A DNA stretch of 64,000 nt, from positions 248,001 through 312,000 of the forward strand of contig JAIVFI010000002.1 of the NCBI GenBank assembly GCA_025558095.1, in the 5' to 3' direction. The notes beneath the pieces were generated by a model. It was not told the origin of the DNA. It ran no database searches and worked only from the letters and a program-made list of their open reading frames with translations. The stretch comes from Hyaloraphidium curvatum SAG 235-1 (Eukaryota > Fungi > Monoblepharomycota). The position numbers and the translations under genes are program-made. Positions 10,317 to 22,105 of this stretch are shown in pieces (within the stretch, counting starts at the first letter, position 1; each line of letters starts with the position of its first letter).

Positions 10317-12750
10317 TCAATCGAACTCGTCCTCCGCCTTGCCCACCTTGGGCCCCTCCACCGCCACCCCCGGCACCATCCTCTCCACCGTCTCCGCCTT
10401 GCTCTGCTTCAGGAACGGCATCATCTCGCTGCCCCCCGTCCCCACGCTCCCCGATCCCCCCGCGCGGCCTTCCTGCCGCGACATGACCGCGATGTAGCTG
10501 TGCGCGAGGCCCATGTGGCGCTCGCGGAAGCGCCGCATGGCCGCGCACGCGAGGTTGTACGCCTCGGCGAGGCCGGGGTGGTCCGGGTGGGAGAGCACGT
10601 ACGCGCGCACGAGGCCCGGCGCGTCGCGGTCCCCCGCCGGTGCGGCACCCCTGCAGCGGAGGGTAAAGTCGCGGAGGAACAGCCGCGTGGGGGTGGGCAT
10701 CTGGTTGCGCATCTCGAGGAGGAAGTTCTTGGGCTTGGCCTTGGTCATGGCGTCGGGGATCGGCGTGGTGCTCTGCAGGGGGTTGTGCGGCTGGCCCGCG
10801 GCTTCGGGCGGGTGCCGGGCAGAGGAGAGGGGGGAGATGTAGCCGTGCGCCATGGAGGGGGGGGCGCCGGAGGAGGTCATGCCCGTGGGGCGGTGGTCGA
10901 CGCCGAGGAAAATGTCCATGGCCTGGATCGTCGGCGACTGTGCGGCTGCAAAACAAGGGGGCGGGTCAGCAGCGCCTCGAAGTCGTCGGGGTCCGGAAAA
11001 CCCACCGGTGGCCCCGCCAAACTTGCCGTACACCCCCCATACCACCTTCTTGTCCACGATCGCGTCCCCCCGCATCGTCAGCCCCATCGTCTTCTTCCTC
11101 CGCACCCCGTTCTCGTCCTCCTCGGAGCTCGCCGACGACGCGCTCTTGTCCACCCCCGCCTCCGGCACCTGCAGCGCCGCGCTCGAGCTCGCCCTCCTCG
11201 GGCCCTCCTCCACCTTGGGCTTGTTCTCGTCCCCCTCCACCCCCCTCGTCATCTTGGGCATCGTCCCGGCCACACCGGGACCCTGTACCCTCCCCTCCTC
11301 CAACGCTTTCGGCCTGACGGGCGCCTGCTTCACGCCCCTGACCTCGAGGCTGCTCTCGGTCCCCTCGGCGTCGATCTCCCCCTCGAGCTTGCCGATGAAC
11401 TTGACGCCCTCGTAGAACATGCCCCTGCCGACGTTGACGCCCTCCCACCCGGCGAGGAAGCGGCGGAAGCCCTTCCAGAACACCTCGGGCCGGCACCGCT
11501 CGCGCATGCGGCCCAGCAGCGCCGTCATCTCGTCGATCGTCCCCGCGAGCCTGCGCAGCACGCCTTCCAGGTCCTCGGGCGACGTCGGACCGGCGCCGCC
11601 GGCCTGCTCCAGCAGCAGCGGGAGCACCTCGGCGCCCTTGAGCTCGATCGAGATGGACACGAGGTTGAACCAGGCCTCGTCGTCGAGGTCCGTGAAGGCC
11701 ACCTGGGTCCAGATGTTGTCGAGCGAGGGGGGCTTGGTGGGGTCGAGGGGGCGCCAGTTGTAGTGGTTGGCCGAGTACATGGAGAGCGAGGGGCGCAGGC
11801 CGAGGGATTGGGAGACGCGGACGAGGGGGAGGGAGAGCTGCGGGGGCAGGGACTGTCGGCGGGTGCGGTGGAGGGGGGAGCGATGGGGCGGATCAGTCCC
11901 CGAAGCGAGAGATCAAGCGGATCAGGGGCGGGCAACCCACCACCATGGCCTCGTAGCCCTCGTCGCCCCACACGTAGGCGTGCACGATGTAGGCGAGCAC
12001 CGTGTACGCGCGCTGCCACTCGCGCCGCGTGCGCAGGCCGTCTGTCCGCAGCACGGGCAGCTCCTCGTCGACCATCTTCCTGACGGTCTCCTTGGGGCCG
12101 GTGAGCACGTCCACGATGCGCTCCCACGGCTCGTAGTACGGCGGCAGACGGGCCAGCAGCGGCGGGTCCGAGGGCACGAAGCCGGTGACGGGGTCGATGT
12201 CGTAGTCCTCGAGCCGCAGCGGGGGCAGCGTGCGCGGGAGCGGCGAGAGGCGCACCGACGGCGGCAGCCGCACGTGGGCGGCGGGTGCGGGCGAGCCGGC
12301 TGCGCGGGCGGGCGCGGCGACGGTTGTGGGCGTCGACGGGCGCGGTGCCGGGGGCGGGGGGGAGCGCGGGGCCGCGGTGGGCGGCGAGAAGGAGCGGGCG
12401 CGCGGGGCGGCGTCCTCCGCGTCGCCGGGCGGCCGCAGCCCGCGGCGCGGCGCCGACGGGAACAGCGTGGCGGTGATGTCCTTCTGCGCGTCCGAGCGCT
12501 GCGCCTCCTGCGCCTCGATGTACTGGTTGGTCAGCCCCGACGAGCGGCGGCGGATGGGGATCGGCAGCCGCGGCGGGTTGCGCGGGCGGGTGGCCGGCGG
12601 GGCTCCCGCGCTCCTCCCCGGCTGCGCCGATGCCGATGCCGGAGACCCGGGCGGCGACACCGGCGGCGATGCCGGCTCGGCGGGCGCGTCCGGCTCCGGC
12701 GCGGGCGACGCAGACCGCGGCACCGCGGGCATCTCGGCCGCCACGCTCAT
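10317..12750 (-). CDS. IDO: Indoleamine 2,3-dioxygenase (IDO/BNA2 family)
   Basis: Exons 12750-11941, 11852-11006, 10945-10317; introns 11940-11853 and 11005-10946 (both GTGGGT..CAG). Motifs GFVP..P...LPPYYEPWE, RAYTVLAYIVHAYVWG, EAWFNLVSISIE, FRRFLAGW, spliced GGATAAQSPTIQAMDIFLGV, RFRERHMGLAHSYI (heme His) and GTGGS..PFLK. Confidence 0.93.
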
Positions 12751-13293
12751 GGCGTCAATCGTGTCCGGAACTCTCCTCCGAGGAGTTGCGGGCTCGGGAA
12801 GGCCGCGGAGGGGCGGCGGCCGCGATGAGTAAACGTCGGATCAGTCGTTGTCTCCGGTCCGGCTCGTGAAATGCCGATCTGCCGCGGCAAACGAAACTTG
12901 CCGCACGCCATCGCAAGATCTCCCGCGGCCGCGCTCCTCTTCCCAGCCGGACTTACAAGCACCGCGACGGAGCATCAATGTGCGTAGGAGTGCAGGCCGG
13001 AATGTCGCTTTCTTCCACCGCCGCGGACGTTTCCGTGCTCGCCGTCATGGCCCCGCGCAGATCCGGAACTCCCAACTCGTCTTTGGATCTAGAAGGGGGC
13101 GGAACGGAACCGCACAAGCATGCTTCAAACATGTTCACCCGGGCGGGTATCTACACGCGGTGCCCGCCCCGCTCTAGATCTCGCGACGCGTCCCGTTGCG
13201 CGCCAGCCCAGCGATCTATCGTCCCCCTTCCTTGCAGGGCTCCTCGTCTCTCCCGTACCATCGCCATCCATCCTGCTCCAGCAACACACGACC

Positions 13294-14040
13294 TCATCCA
13301 CTCCCGTCGCCGAGTCCAGAGAGAAAGTCAAACGGCCCGGGCTTCCCCGCCTGCCGCCCTTCCGGTCCCCGTCCCCCTTCGCCGCCCTTATCCGGCGGCG
13401 CCCGCTTGCGCCAGAACGTCCTCAGATCCGGCAGCCCGTCCCCGTCCCCCGTCCCCGCAGCGGGCACCAGCGGCCCCCTCGCCGCCGCCCTCGGGTCGTC
13501 CCCCGCGGCGTGCGCCGGCACGGGATCGGGCACCGGCCCGCACATCTCCGCCCCGTCCGACCCGTCGAGCGAGCACTCGGACCCCTCTTCCTCCCCTTCC
13601 TCATCGGGGGCCGACATCGCGCCCCCGCACTCCTCGTCGTCCGTGAACCCCGCCCCCATCATCAATACGGGCGAAAACGACACCTTCCTCCCGTCCCTCG
13701 CCACCTCGGACGCACGGAGCACGTCGGAGCTCCCCGCGCGCAGCGTCGCCGAGCTGCCGACCCTGTCCGCCGGGGTCTGCCCGACGAGGCAGAGGAAGCA
13801 CCACCCGTCGTCCACCCCCGGCGCGTGCTCGCACCCGCCCTGTGCCGCCAGCGGGCGCCGCAAGATCGAGGGGCGGGAGGACGCGGATTTCGGAGGGGGC
13901 GAGCGCCGCGGGGGGTCGGCCGCCGTGGCGTCGGAGGAGAACGACGCGCCGGGCCCGGCTCCCGCCCCCCGCCGTCCCTGCGCGTCCGCCGCCTCCGCCT
14001 CCTCCGCCGCCCGCATGTTCCCGTCCCGCACCGTCGCCAT
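13294..14040 (-). CDS. Disordered protein with SILR and RKVSF (RVxF) motifs; candidate PP1 regulatory subunit
   Basis: ATG at 14040. Contains PSILRRP, CEHxxxxxxxxCFLC and GRKVSFSP followed by an acidic tract. The RVxF plus SILK-like pair is the established PP1-docking signature. Confidence 0.55.
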   Translation of the reverse strand: MATVRDGNMRAAEEAEAADAQGRRGAGAGPGASFSSDATAADPPRRSPPPKSASSRPSILRRPLAAQGGCEHAPGVDDGWCFLCLVGQTPADRVGSSATLRAGSSDVLRASEVARDGRKVSFSPVLMMGAGFTDDEECGGAMSAPDEEGEEEGSECSLDGSDGAEMCGPVPDPVPAHAAGDDPRAAARGPLVPAAGTGDGDGLPDLRTFWRKRAPPDKGGEGGRGPEGRQAGKPGPFDFLSGLGDGSG

Positions 14041-14751
14041 GTTGCCGCGATGTCCGCACATTTTTGGATTGGCCGGCGTCCCGGGCGGCCGCGCTCCGGA
14101 CCCTCGCGGGGCCCGCGTGCCGCCCGGACCCGCCCGGCCCCTCCGGGCGATCGCATCCCGCCCCGCGGAAGGGGGCGGCCCACCGTCCCATCCTTTGGAC
14201 CGCCGGACATCGCCGTCCCGCTGCCCGTGATCGCAAATGTCGCGGTCGGATCGGCCGGGGCGCGATCTGGCCCTGGAGCCCGAAGCCTAATGGGTTTAGC
14301 CCCCGGCCTGGACCGCGTCGCTCGGGCGAGTCAGGCCGGGCCGGATGACGTTTGGGGGTGCGCGTCGGGCGGCGCCGGGTGCGTCCGCCCGCTGGAGGTG
14401 GGAGGGAGCGACGGCACGGCAACCCCGCGGACGGAAGGCTGCCAGGGAGGGATCGGAGTGATTGGTCCGGGCCCAGGACAGGACGGAGAGGACGAGGTGC
14501 TCCGCATCCGCATCCGGCGGATGTCGGCCGAAAGGGACCCAGGGGAGGCGGAGTGTGCGGTCCCGAAGGGTGGCCCGGACGTCGAAGAGCGTGACACGGA
14601 GTTCCTTGTGATACAGATACAGATACGAAAGCCGAATGAGTCTAGCTAATCCATGTGCCCAGGGTATCCTCCCAATGATTCGAGCCCGCCGCACCCCAAC
14701 GCCGTCCCACCGTCCCGCCGTGCCCAACCCCGTTCCCCTCTCCCCACGGGG

Positions 14752-15906
14752 TCACGCGACCGGCACCAGCGGCCCGTACGCTGCCGTCGCCTCGGCGGCC
14801 TTCATCAGCCTCGCCACCGCGTTCTCCTTCGCCCTGTTCCGCTGCGTGTCCCCCCACCCGTCGATGGCGTCCAGCAGCGGGCTCCTCCCCGGGAACTTGC
14901 GCGCAAAGAGGGCGCCGCCCTCCACCGCCCGCGCCAGCTGCTCGTCCGTGGTGATGGGGACGGGGTGCTGCGAGTCGGCGGCAAAGTCGAAGAAGCGCGC
15001 GGCGTCGCGGGCCACCGAGGCGTTGGCCTGCCTTCCCGCGGCGGTCCACTCGATCCAGGCCTGGAAAAAGTGCTCCGGCGAGCTGGGCACGTAGGCCATG
15101 AAGGCCAGCAGGCGGCGGAGCTCGGTGCCCGCGGCGAGGAGCTGCTCGCAGAAGGTGCGGGAGAGGATGACCCAGGCGTCGCCGTGGGGCATGGGCCGCG
15201 CGGGCTCGAAGGGGATCAGGAGCGAGCCGTTGAAGGGGTACGGCATGGTGTTGGCCGGGTCCAGGAACTGCCAGATGGCGTCGCTGGAGTTTCCCATGAC
15301 GGCGGGGTCGACGGCCAGCATCCTCCACCGCGGGGTCGGCGCCCAGAACGAGACGAAGGAGAGCGCCAGCGGCCTCCCCGCGCCCGAGACCGAGGCCTCT
15401 GCGATGGCGGGCGCGATGTCCGCGGCGCGGAGGAGCGGGTAGTCCTGCCCCGAGAGGTTGATAAAGTGGGTCCAGCCGGGGTCGCGTGCGAGCAGGGCCT
15501 CGATGGCGTCGAGCGTGTTGAGCACCATGCTCACGCCGCGGTAGGCCACGGGCTGCGGCGGCAGCAGCCGCACGTTGGCGAAGGCCGGCTCGGCGAGCAG
15601 GCCGGCCAGCTCGCGCTCGCCGGGCGCGCCCTTGGCCTTTGCGTCGACGTGCACGGCGAACACGGCGTCGGGCGTGTGCAGCGCGCGCAGCAGCCGCGGC
15701 ACCAGCGGCAGCGACGCGTTGTACGCCTGCACGAAGTACGCGAGCCGCACGGAAGGCGCGCCCGCCGCCGCACCGCCCGCCGCCGGGCCGTCCGCCGCGC
15801 CGCCGCCCAGGAACGAGAACACGCGCAGCGCCACCAGCGCGGCCGCCGCCGCCACGATCAGCGAGCGCCCCGCGCGCACGAGCCGCCGGACGAGCGGGGC
15901 GCCCAT
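14752..15906 (-). CDS. Core-2/I-branching glycosyltransferase family (GT14, Branch domain), type II membrane protein
   Basis: N-terminal TM (SLIVAAAAALVALRVFSFL). Motifs LAYFVQAY, FAVHVDAK, FINLSGQDYPL, HGDAWVILSR, SSPEHFFQ and LFARKF. Intronless. Confidence 0.9.
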   Translation of the reverse strand: MGAPLVRRLVRAGRSLIVAAAAALVALRVFSFLGGGAADGPAAGGAAAGAPSVRLAYFVQAYNASLPLVPRLLRALHTPDAVFAVHVDAKAKGAPGERELAGLLAEPAFANVRLLPPQPVAYRGVSMVLNTLDAIEALLARDPGWTHFINLSGQDYPLLRAADIAPAIAEASVSGAGRPLALSFVSFWAPTPRWRMLAVDPAVMGNSSDAIWQFLDPANTMPYPFNGSLLIPFEPARPMPHGDAWVILSRTFCEQLLAAGTELRRLLAFMAYVPSSPEHFFQAWIEWTAAGRQANASVARDAARFFDFAADSQHPVPITTDEQLARAVEGGALFARKFPGRSPLLDAIDGWGDTQRNRAKENAVARLMKAAEATAAYGPLVPVA

Positions 15907-16407
15907 GGCGCGCGCGCGGGCGGGCGAGAGGGAGTGGGAGCGATATCGCGGTTCGGCCGGGGTAGCGGCTGGTTCACGAGCCAATGAAGCGCGGCGTCAT
16001 ACCTCGCTCCGCGCCGCAAAAAAAGAGAGGCTCCATCAGCGCAGAATGGCGGAAACGCACCTAAGACCGGATTGGTGGCGTGTTTGATTTCTCCGCGAGA
16101 GCCTGCGGGCTGAATCATGGTCCGCGTCGCTGAGGATGGCCGTCCTGCGGACCCCTCTATCCGCAGCGAATCCTGCCGCAAATAGGGGCGGAAATGAACC
16201 GCAGAGAAGGTATTTTTCAAGGCATGTGCTTCAGCTGGTCAATTCCACGGCTCCTTCCCGGCCCAAGGAACCTGGCCACCACTGCAGATCGGGGCTCAAG
16301 ACTGCGCCCGAGCCCAGGCGTGCAGTGATTCGATATCAACGACCTAGATCTGGCCGCAGAACTCGTTTCCGGCTTCTGGTGCAGCTCGGCGTCAGACCGA
16401 CGCCAAA

Positions 16408-16425
16408 GACTTTGATGAGCCAGGC
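16408..16425 (+). promoter_or_regulatory. Conserved upstream element (G/C)ACTT(T/C)GATGAGCC(A/G)GGC about 205 bp before the ATG of bHLH copies 1-3
   Basis: Copies at 16408-16425, 20769-20786 and 24822-24839 lie 205, 203 and 207 bp upstream of ATGs 16613, 20972 and 25029. Confidence 0.6.
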
Positions 16426-16612
16426 CCGCGCCCTTGCGTCAACCCGCCTCGGCCGCACCGCGGGCCGACGGCCCCGGCACGCTGACCGGCGGGCACAGGG
16501 CTTTGGCGGCAGCCGCGCAACGCCCCTGCCCCCGGGTTTCCGGGCCGGGAAGCGGCAATCGCCGGGGTGGCCGGCCCCGCCCGCGAGTCACCGCGCTTCC
16601 CGAACCGCCGGG

Positions 16613-17743
16613 ATGAGCGCGCCCTATCGCGGCAGCGCACCTCCGTGGGCGCCGCCTTACGCGCCGTACCCTCCGCCGCCGGGGTGGCCGCCCCCGCCTG
16701 CCGCCCCCGCGGGGCAACACGTGGGGACCCCAACGTGGGCATTGGCGCAGGGCCCGCCCGAGGCCGACCGCCGATACGCGCCCGCCGAGGGCGCCTGGCG
16801 AGCTCGACACTCGTCCTACGCGGGCAGCGATTTTCCGCGGCCGGAAACTGGGGCGCCGCCGCGATGGACCCCATATCGGACCGCCGAAACGGGCCGGCCA
16901 AAGCCTTGGCGGGAGTGGTACGCGGACTACTTGGCCAAAGGCGGCGCACCCGCACGCCGCACTCCCGCACCGCCGGAGCACACGCAGTCGCCCGCGGCGC
17001 AGCCATCCCCTCCGCGGACCGCGTCGCCGCCCTCCCGAGGAGACCTCGCCGTCCTCCCCACTCCGTCCCCTCCACCGTCCGCCATCCAACAACAACCGGC
17101 CCGCCTCGCGAGCCCGACAGACTTTGCCCCCCTGCTCGCCGCCGTGGAGCAGCGTACCACGGCGGCGGATCCCCCCGAACCGCCAGAAGATGACGACGCC
17201 GGCTCCGCCTCGTCAGCATCGGGGTCCCTCTCCCCTCCCTTCTCGCCCGCAGGTACCCCGGCGCCGGCACCGACACCGGCAGCGGCATCATGGAACGCAT
17301 CCCCGCTGGATGCCCTGATACCACCGTACACCCTGCGCGTGCCGGCGCAGGAGCCCGCGCCGGTGGTGCCGCGGGGCAGGTCCATGAAGAAGAGTGTAGG
17401 TCTTCCCGCAGGGATCCGGCGCCGCCTCCCGGCAAAAAAGCTGACCGCCGCATCCCGATACGGCCCCGCATCCGCGCAGACGATCGAGAAGCGCCGCCGC
17501 GAGGCGTTCGCCGCCGAGCTGCGCGCGCTCGCCGCCGCCGTCCCCGGCGCCGCCTCGGCGACGCAGGTCTCGGTGGTCCTGCGCGCGCGGGACTACATCA
17601 CGCGGCTGGCGGGCAGGGAGAAGCTGCTGCGGAGGCTGGTGCTGGAGAGGAAGGCGAAGAACTTGGGGCTGGACCTGGCGGACGCGCCGACGGTCGAGAA
17701 GTTGCTCGCGGACCTGGAGAAGGAGCTCGAGACGGGGGTGTAG
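16613..17743 (+). CDS. bHLH-ZIP transcription factor (Max/Mad-like), tandem copy 1
   Basis: Pro/Trp-rich N-terminus. In-frame 84-nt intron 17396-17479 (GTAGGT..GCTGAC..CAG). Spliced KKSTIEKRRREAFAAELRALAAAVPGAASATQVSVVLRARDYITRL plus zipper. Confidence 0.88.
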   Translation: MSAPYRGSAPPWAPPYAPYPPPPGWPPPPAAPAGQHVGTPTWALAQGPPEADRRYAPAEGAWRARHSSYAGSDFPRPETGAPPRWTPYRTAETGRPKPWREWYADYLAKGGAPARRTPAPPEHTQSPAAQPSPPRTASPPSRGDLAVLPTPSPPPSAIQQQPARLASPTDFAPLLAAVEQRTTAADPPEPPEDDDAGSASSASGSLSPPFSPAGTPAPAPTPAAASWNASPLDALIPPYTLRVPAQEPAPVVPRGRSMKKSVGLPAGIRRRLPAKKLTAASRYGPASAQTIEKRRREAFAAELRALAAAVPGAASATQVSVVLRARDYITRLAGREKLLRRLVLERKAKNLGLDLADAPTVEKLLADLEKELETGV

Positions 17744-17992
17744 GGCAGCGTGCGAATGAGAGCGTACCGTTGCCGAACGTTGGCCGTGTTCGCCGCTGTC
17801 CCGTAGATCCCCGTTGGCCGCGTTAAATGCCGCCTGTGCCGCCAATCCCAAAGGCCTCCCAACGGACCCTCCGCACCTGCCTCCCCGCGCTCGAGCCCTC
17901 CGTACGTGTCGCTCCCTTGTCCGCGGGGTGCCGGGGTCGGCACGCACCATCGCCAGGCCTTTACGCCGGCGGCAACAGCGACAGCGCCAGAG

Positions 17993-18008
17993 GTCCCGAA
18001 CTGTGACC
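17993..18008 (+). promoter_or_regulatory. Exact 16-bp non-coding motif GTCCCGAACTGTGACC repeated downstream of bHLH copies 1-3
   Basis: Identical at 17993-18008, 22489-22504 and 26533-26548 within otherwise diverged spacers. Confidence 0.6.
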
Positions 18009-20971
18009 GCAAAACAACCGCCCGCGGGGCTCGCACACCAACGGGTTCGAGAAGCCGCGGGCGCCGCGGCCGCCAGAGGAAGTTGCGCACAGTGGTGGCA
18101 GGGAGGTGCGGTTTCTCCTGCCGCACGTGCGGGGTGAGGCAGAGGTGGAATGCGAGGCGGTGGCGCGCTCATGGAGGGAGTGTCTCCGCGGGGTGGGCGC
18201 ACCGCAAGCACCAGACGTCCGTGCCGGCGGAGTCTGTTGGAGAGCAGAGCTGCGGCAAAGGCCACAAATGGCTCGCTTAGGCCGGGCGGAACGAGCGTTG
18301 GTGGTTCTGGGGATCGCCGCGCGGGCCTTGCCGGAACTCGACACGATTCCGGTGCTGACGACGAAAAGTCCGGCACATCGTAACATTCCCTCGACGGTGC
18401 CGATGCTCGCCACGAGGAATCAAGAGTCCTGGTAGGCTAAAAGGGCCAACGACCGGCAGAGCCACTGGGAGCCAACCGTCCGCGTCCGGTCCCAACATCC
18501 AGAGTTTCCTCTTGCTCTTGCCCTGCTCGACCCCGGGTTCGGTCCCGATAAGCGAGATCGACCGGAAGGATTTTCAAGTCGCTTTATAGCGCCATGTCCA
18601 ATGAACCAGCATCCGAGGAGCAGAATCCGGCAAACGGCACAGCAAGTTCCAGAGCGAGCCCGCTAGTCGCCACAAAACCGGAAAGCAAAAGCACGGTGAC
18701 CATGAGACGGCACTGCGAGACGAGCGGCGGCCGAAAAAAGGCCATTTCCTGGGCATATGATTTCGGCAGGCGGAACGGAGGGACCAGCACGTTCGCCGGT
18801 CGGATCCCGCTTAGGGTCCGGCCCAAGGCGCAGCCGACAGTTCAGCGAGCATGTTCTCCTGCCCCGAAATTTGCCGTGCGCCGCACACCAGGGCCGACAG
18901 GGTCAGCCATTCGCGGCCGGTGTCAAGGAGATGGGACCCCGGCCCGCGAACCGCGGCGGCGGCCGCCAGCAATACTGAAGGACCCATGCTGTCGGCAGGG
19001 GACAGCGGAGGCCGAGGACGGGCTTTCCCGGTGCCGTCCTTGTCGCCAGAGGGCGCCGTCTTCGCGGTGATTGGGAGACGTCGACTCGACGCTCCAGAAG
19101 GTGCGGTTCTCGGCGGGCGACGAGCGGCACAGCGCCTCCGCGGGGCGCATGCGGGACGAGGCGAAGCCTGTTGTTCTTTGATTTCCAATGCTCGCCGCAC
19201 TTTCACGGCGCTCGTAGAAGTGGCCGACCGTGGGTAGTGTTTTGGAGCGTCTTCGAGAGCGAACGTTCCAGCCTCGCTCGCGACAGACCCTTCTCGAACC
19301 GCCCAACCGAACACTCGGCGGGACCCGCGGCCGCCCGGCGACCCCGGCGATCGGCATTGGAGAGGTTTCCGGCCGTGAGCCGACCGGGATTTCAGGGATT
19401 CCGCCCTAGCGGGGCCCTGCGGCCGCCGGGGCGACGAAATAGGCTCGCCAATGGACACCCATCGTCCAACGCGACAGCGGGCTTGCGCGGGTCATTCTGG
19501 GGCAATATTTGAGCTGTGCTGTGCCGGAACCTGCCGCGCCGTCGCATCCGACGGGCCAGGAGGGCTCGGGGCTTTCCCGCTGCCGCTGCGGCTTCCCGCG
19601 CGGGGGTCTCCCCATTTCAACAGGCTCGGGCTGCGTTCCGTATCAGCCAGGGCAATGTGGCATTCGCAAGTGACGGCGATCGTTCCGTTCCCCACAGGGA
19701 AACGTGTCTCGGAGATAGAGAGCTGGAGGTTTCGGCACGGGCACTCGGCACCAAGAATCAACGGCTCCGTGGCAACCGAATACCCGTGCCCAATGGCTCG
19801 CGGGCGCGGAGTACACGCTGGCATGGACCCGACCCGGTTACCGTCTTCGGCAGGCCGTGCTCCAGCCAGACCGAACGGCCCGAACAACCAGCCCGAACAA
19901 CCACGGGAACGGAAAGAAGACTGAAAGAAAATCCAGTCTGTCGCCACGGGCACAACCTCAAAACGGGCTAGCCGAGGCACGAATGCCGGCAGACGACGCG
20001 GAAATGACTGCCTACATCTGCTGGTGTCCGAGTACTGCACTTCATCTAGCAAAACTGAGCATGTGCCCCCCAGCTCATCCCTCTTTTGGCGAAAGCATCA
20101 GATACAAGCAGCTCAAGAGATCTGTACGATGGCACCGGGTGACTGAACCATTGGGAGCGCTGATTACGCCGTGTGCATTTGTGGGGACCCTATGCCCATC
20201 ATCCTTCAACTCGTTTCAGGCCTCTCATCGCCGTGCGCAGCCCTGTCAAGCACCGGGCCCCGCCCGCATTCGCAAGTGCTGATAATTCGAGACCGTTCCC
20301 GTCGAGCGTACTGATTTCGAACGTTGGTGCGGACACAGACTTCCCTTCTGCCTGGACCGCGTGCCTGCCCGTGCCATCCCGGCCCTGCCGACCTACCCCT
20401 CGCTCTGCCTCGCCTGCTCCTCTTCTTTTTGCACTCGTCCATTGACTTTCCCCTGCTAGCTTTGGAAGGCAGTAAAGCAACGTGGTGCAACGATTTCTGA
20501 TGGTATCCGCCCCGCTCGGGGACCTTAGGCTGGTCTCGGAGGAGGGAGAGCACGACGCTGGTGGCCTCGCTATCTAATTCCATCAATTCTATCAATACAT
20601 CCAATTCTACGCTCTGGCGGATAGCCTGCCAATGTCCAACCCGCCCTGTCGCTTTCCCGGCACCCGCGTGAAGCTCAAACGCAAAGATAGACGTTAAAGC
20701 TGGATTGAAGAACGCAGTAAGGCTACTGCGTCAAGAGTCGTGTGGTAAAGCGTTGCTGGAGACTTCCAGACTTCGATGAGCCAGGCTGGCGCGATCCCAC
20801 TTCGTCCCGCTGTTCTCGCCGCACAGCCTGGGCCCAAGCGAGGCTCCTGCGCGATCATTTTGTTGCAACAGCGACAGCAGTTCGCCGGGGCCTGAGGGCG
20901 CGGGCGCCAAGACCGTCGGGAGACGGCCGGGCCGAGGGCCGGCCTTGACCCCCGTTGCTGACCCGCCGAAG

Positions 20972-22105
20972 ATGAGCGCCCCGCACGGGGCCGGACTCCC
21001 GCCACCGTGGGCGCGGCCTTACGCGCCGTATCCACCTCCGCCGGGAGGGGCACCGGGGTGGGCGCCGCTGCACGCGCCGCCAGCAGGGCACCACGTGCCC
21101 GCGCCGGCGCCGATGTGGCTATCTACGCCAGGCCCACGCTCAGCCCACGGCGGATCCGCGGCCGCAGGGCCGGGCTGGCGCACGTCGCACGTTGTGGACT
21201 CGGGTTTCGGGCCGCCACCGCCGGCCCCGTTCGCCCCAACCACGTGGTTGCCGAGTCGGCCTGCGGAACCGGACACACGCACACCATGGCGTGAGTGGTA
21301 CGCCGACTACCTGGCAAGGGGCGGCACGCCCGCCCGCAACGGCTCGGCCCCAGCGGGGCACAGGCAGGCCCTCGTACCGGAGCCATCTCCGCCACGGACT
21401 GCAGCTCGGCCCCACGTTCAAGGCGAGCCGACACCCGTCCGCCAGCCTCTCGCCTCAGCACCCATCCAAAGCCCGGCGGCCCCGCCATCCAGCTCGTCAT
21501 CCGACTTTGGTTCTTTGCTTGCCGCCGTGGAGCAGCGCACCGCTCCCCCCCAAACCCTTGCTGAACGTGACGAGTCCTTCTCCGAATCATCGTCGGAACC
21601 CCTCTCCGCTCCCCTCTCGCCCCCAACCGATCCCGTTCCTGTACCGCCTTTGCCACATAGTGCATCCCCGTGGGATGCCTTGATCCCGCCCTACGCCGTG
21701 CGGATGCCGCCGCCGGACCCGGCACTACTCGTTCCGCGCGGCCAGTCCGTCAAGAAGAGAGTGCGTCTCCCGGCGACCCTGTGTTTGCCGAATCTTTCGT
21801 AACAGCTGACACCACGCACGCACTTCCCGTTCCCCATCCAGGTGATCGAGAAGCGCCGCCGCGAAGCCTTCGCCGCCGAGCTGCGAGCGCTCGCGGCCGC
21901 CGTCCCCGGCGCCGCCGCGGCGACCCAGGCTTGCATCGTCCTGCGTGCGCGGGACTATATCGTGCGGCTGGCGAGGCGGGAGAAGCTGCTGCGGAGGATG
22001 GTGCTGGAGAAGAAGGCGGAGAGAATGGGGCTTGACGTGTCGGACCCGTCAACGGTCAAGAGCCTGCTTGCGGACCTGGAAAGTGAGCTCGAGAGGGAGC
22101 CATAA
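20972..22105 (+). CDS. bHLH-ZIP transcription factor, tandem copy 2
   Basis: Exons 20972-21760 and 21842-22105; intron GTGCGT..GCTGAC..CAG. KKRVIEKRRREAFAAELRALAAAVPG...LRARDYIVRL. Clear paralog of copy 1 (PWREWYADYL, DFGSLLAAVEQR, DALIPPY). Confidence 0.9.

Noticed and set aside
17760-20900. Numerous 60-300 aa ORFs in the bHLH spacers, including lower-GC 20206..20604
   Set aside because: Not conserved as protein between the duplicated units and no motifs; treated as non-coding.
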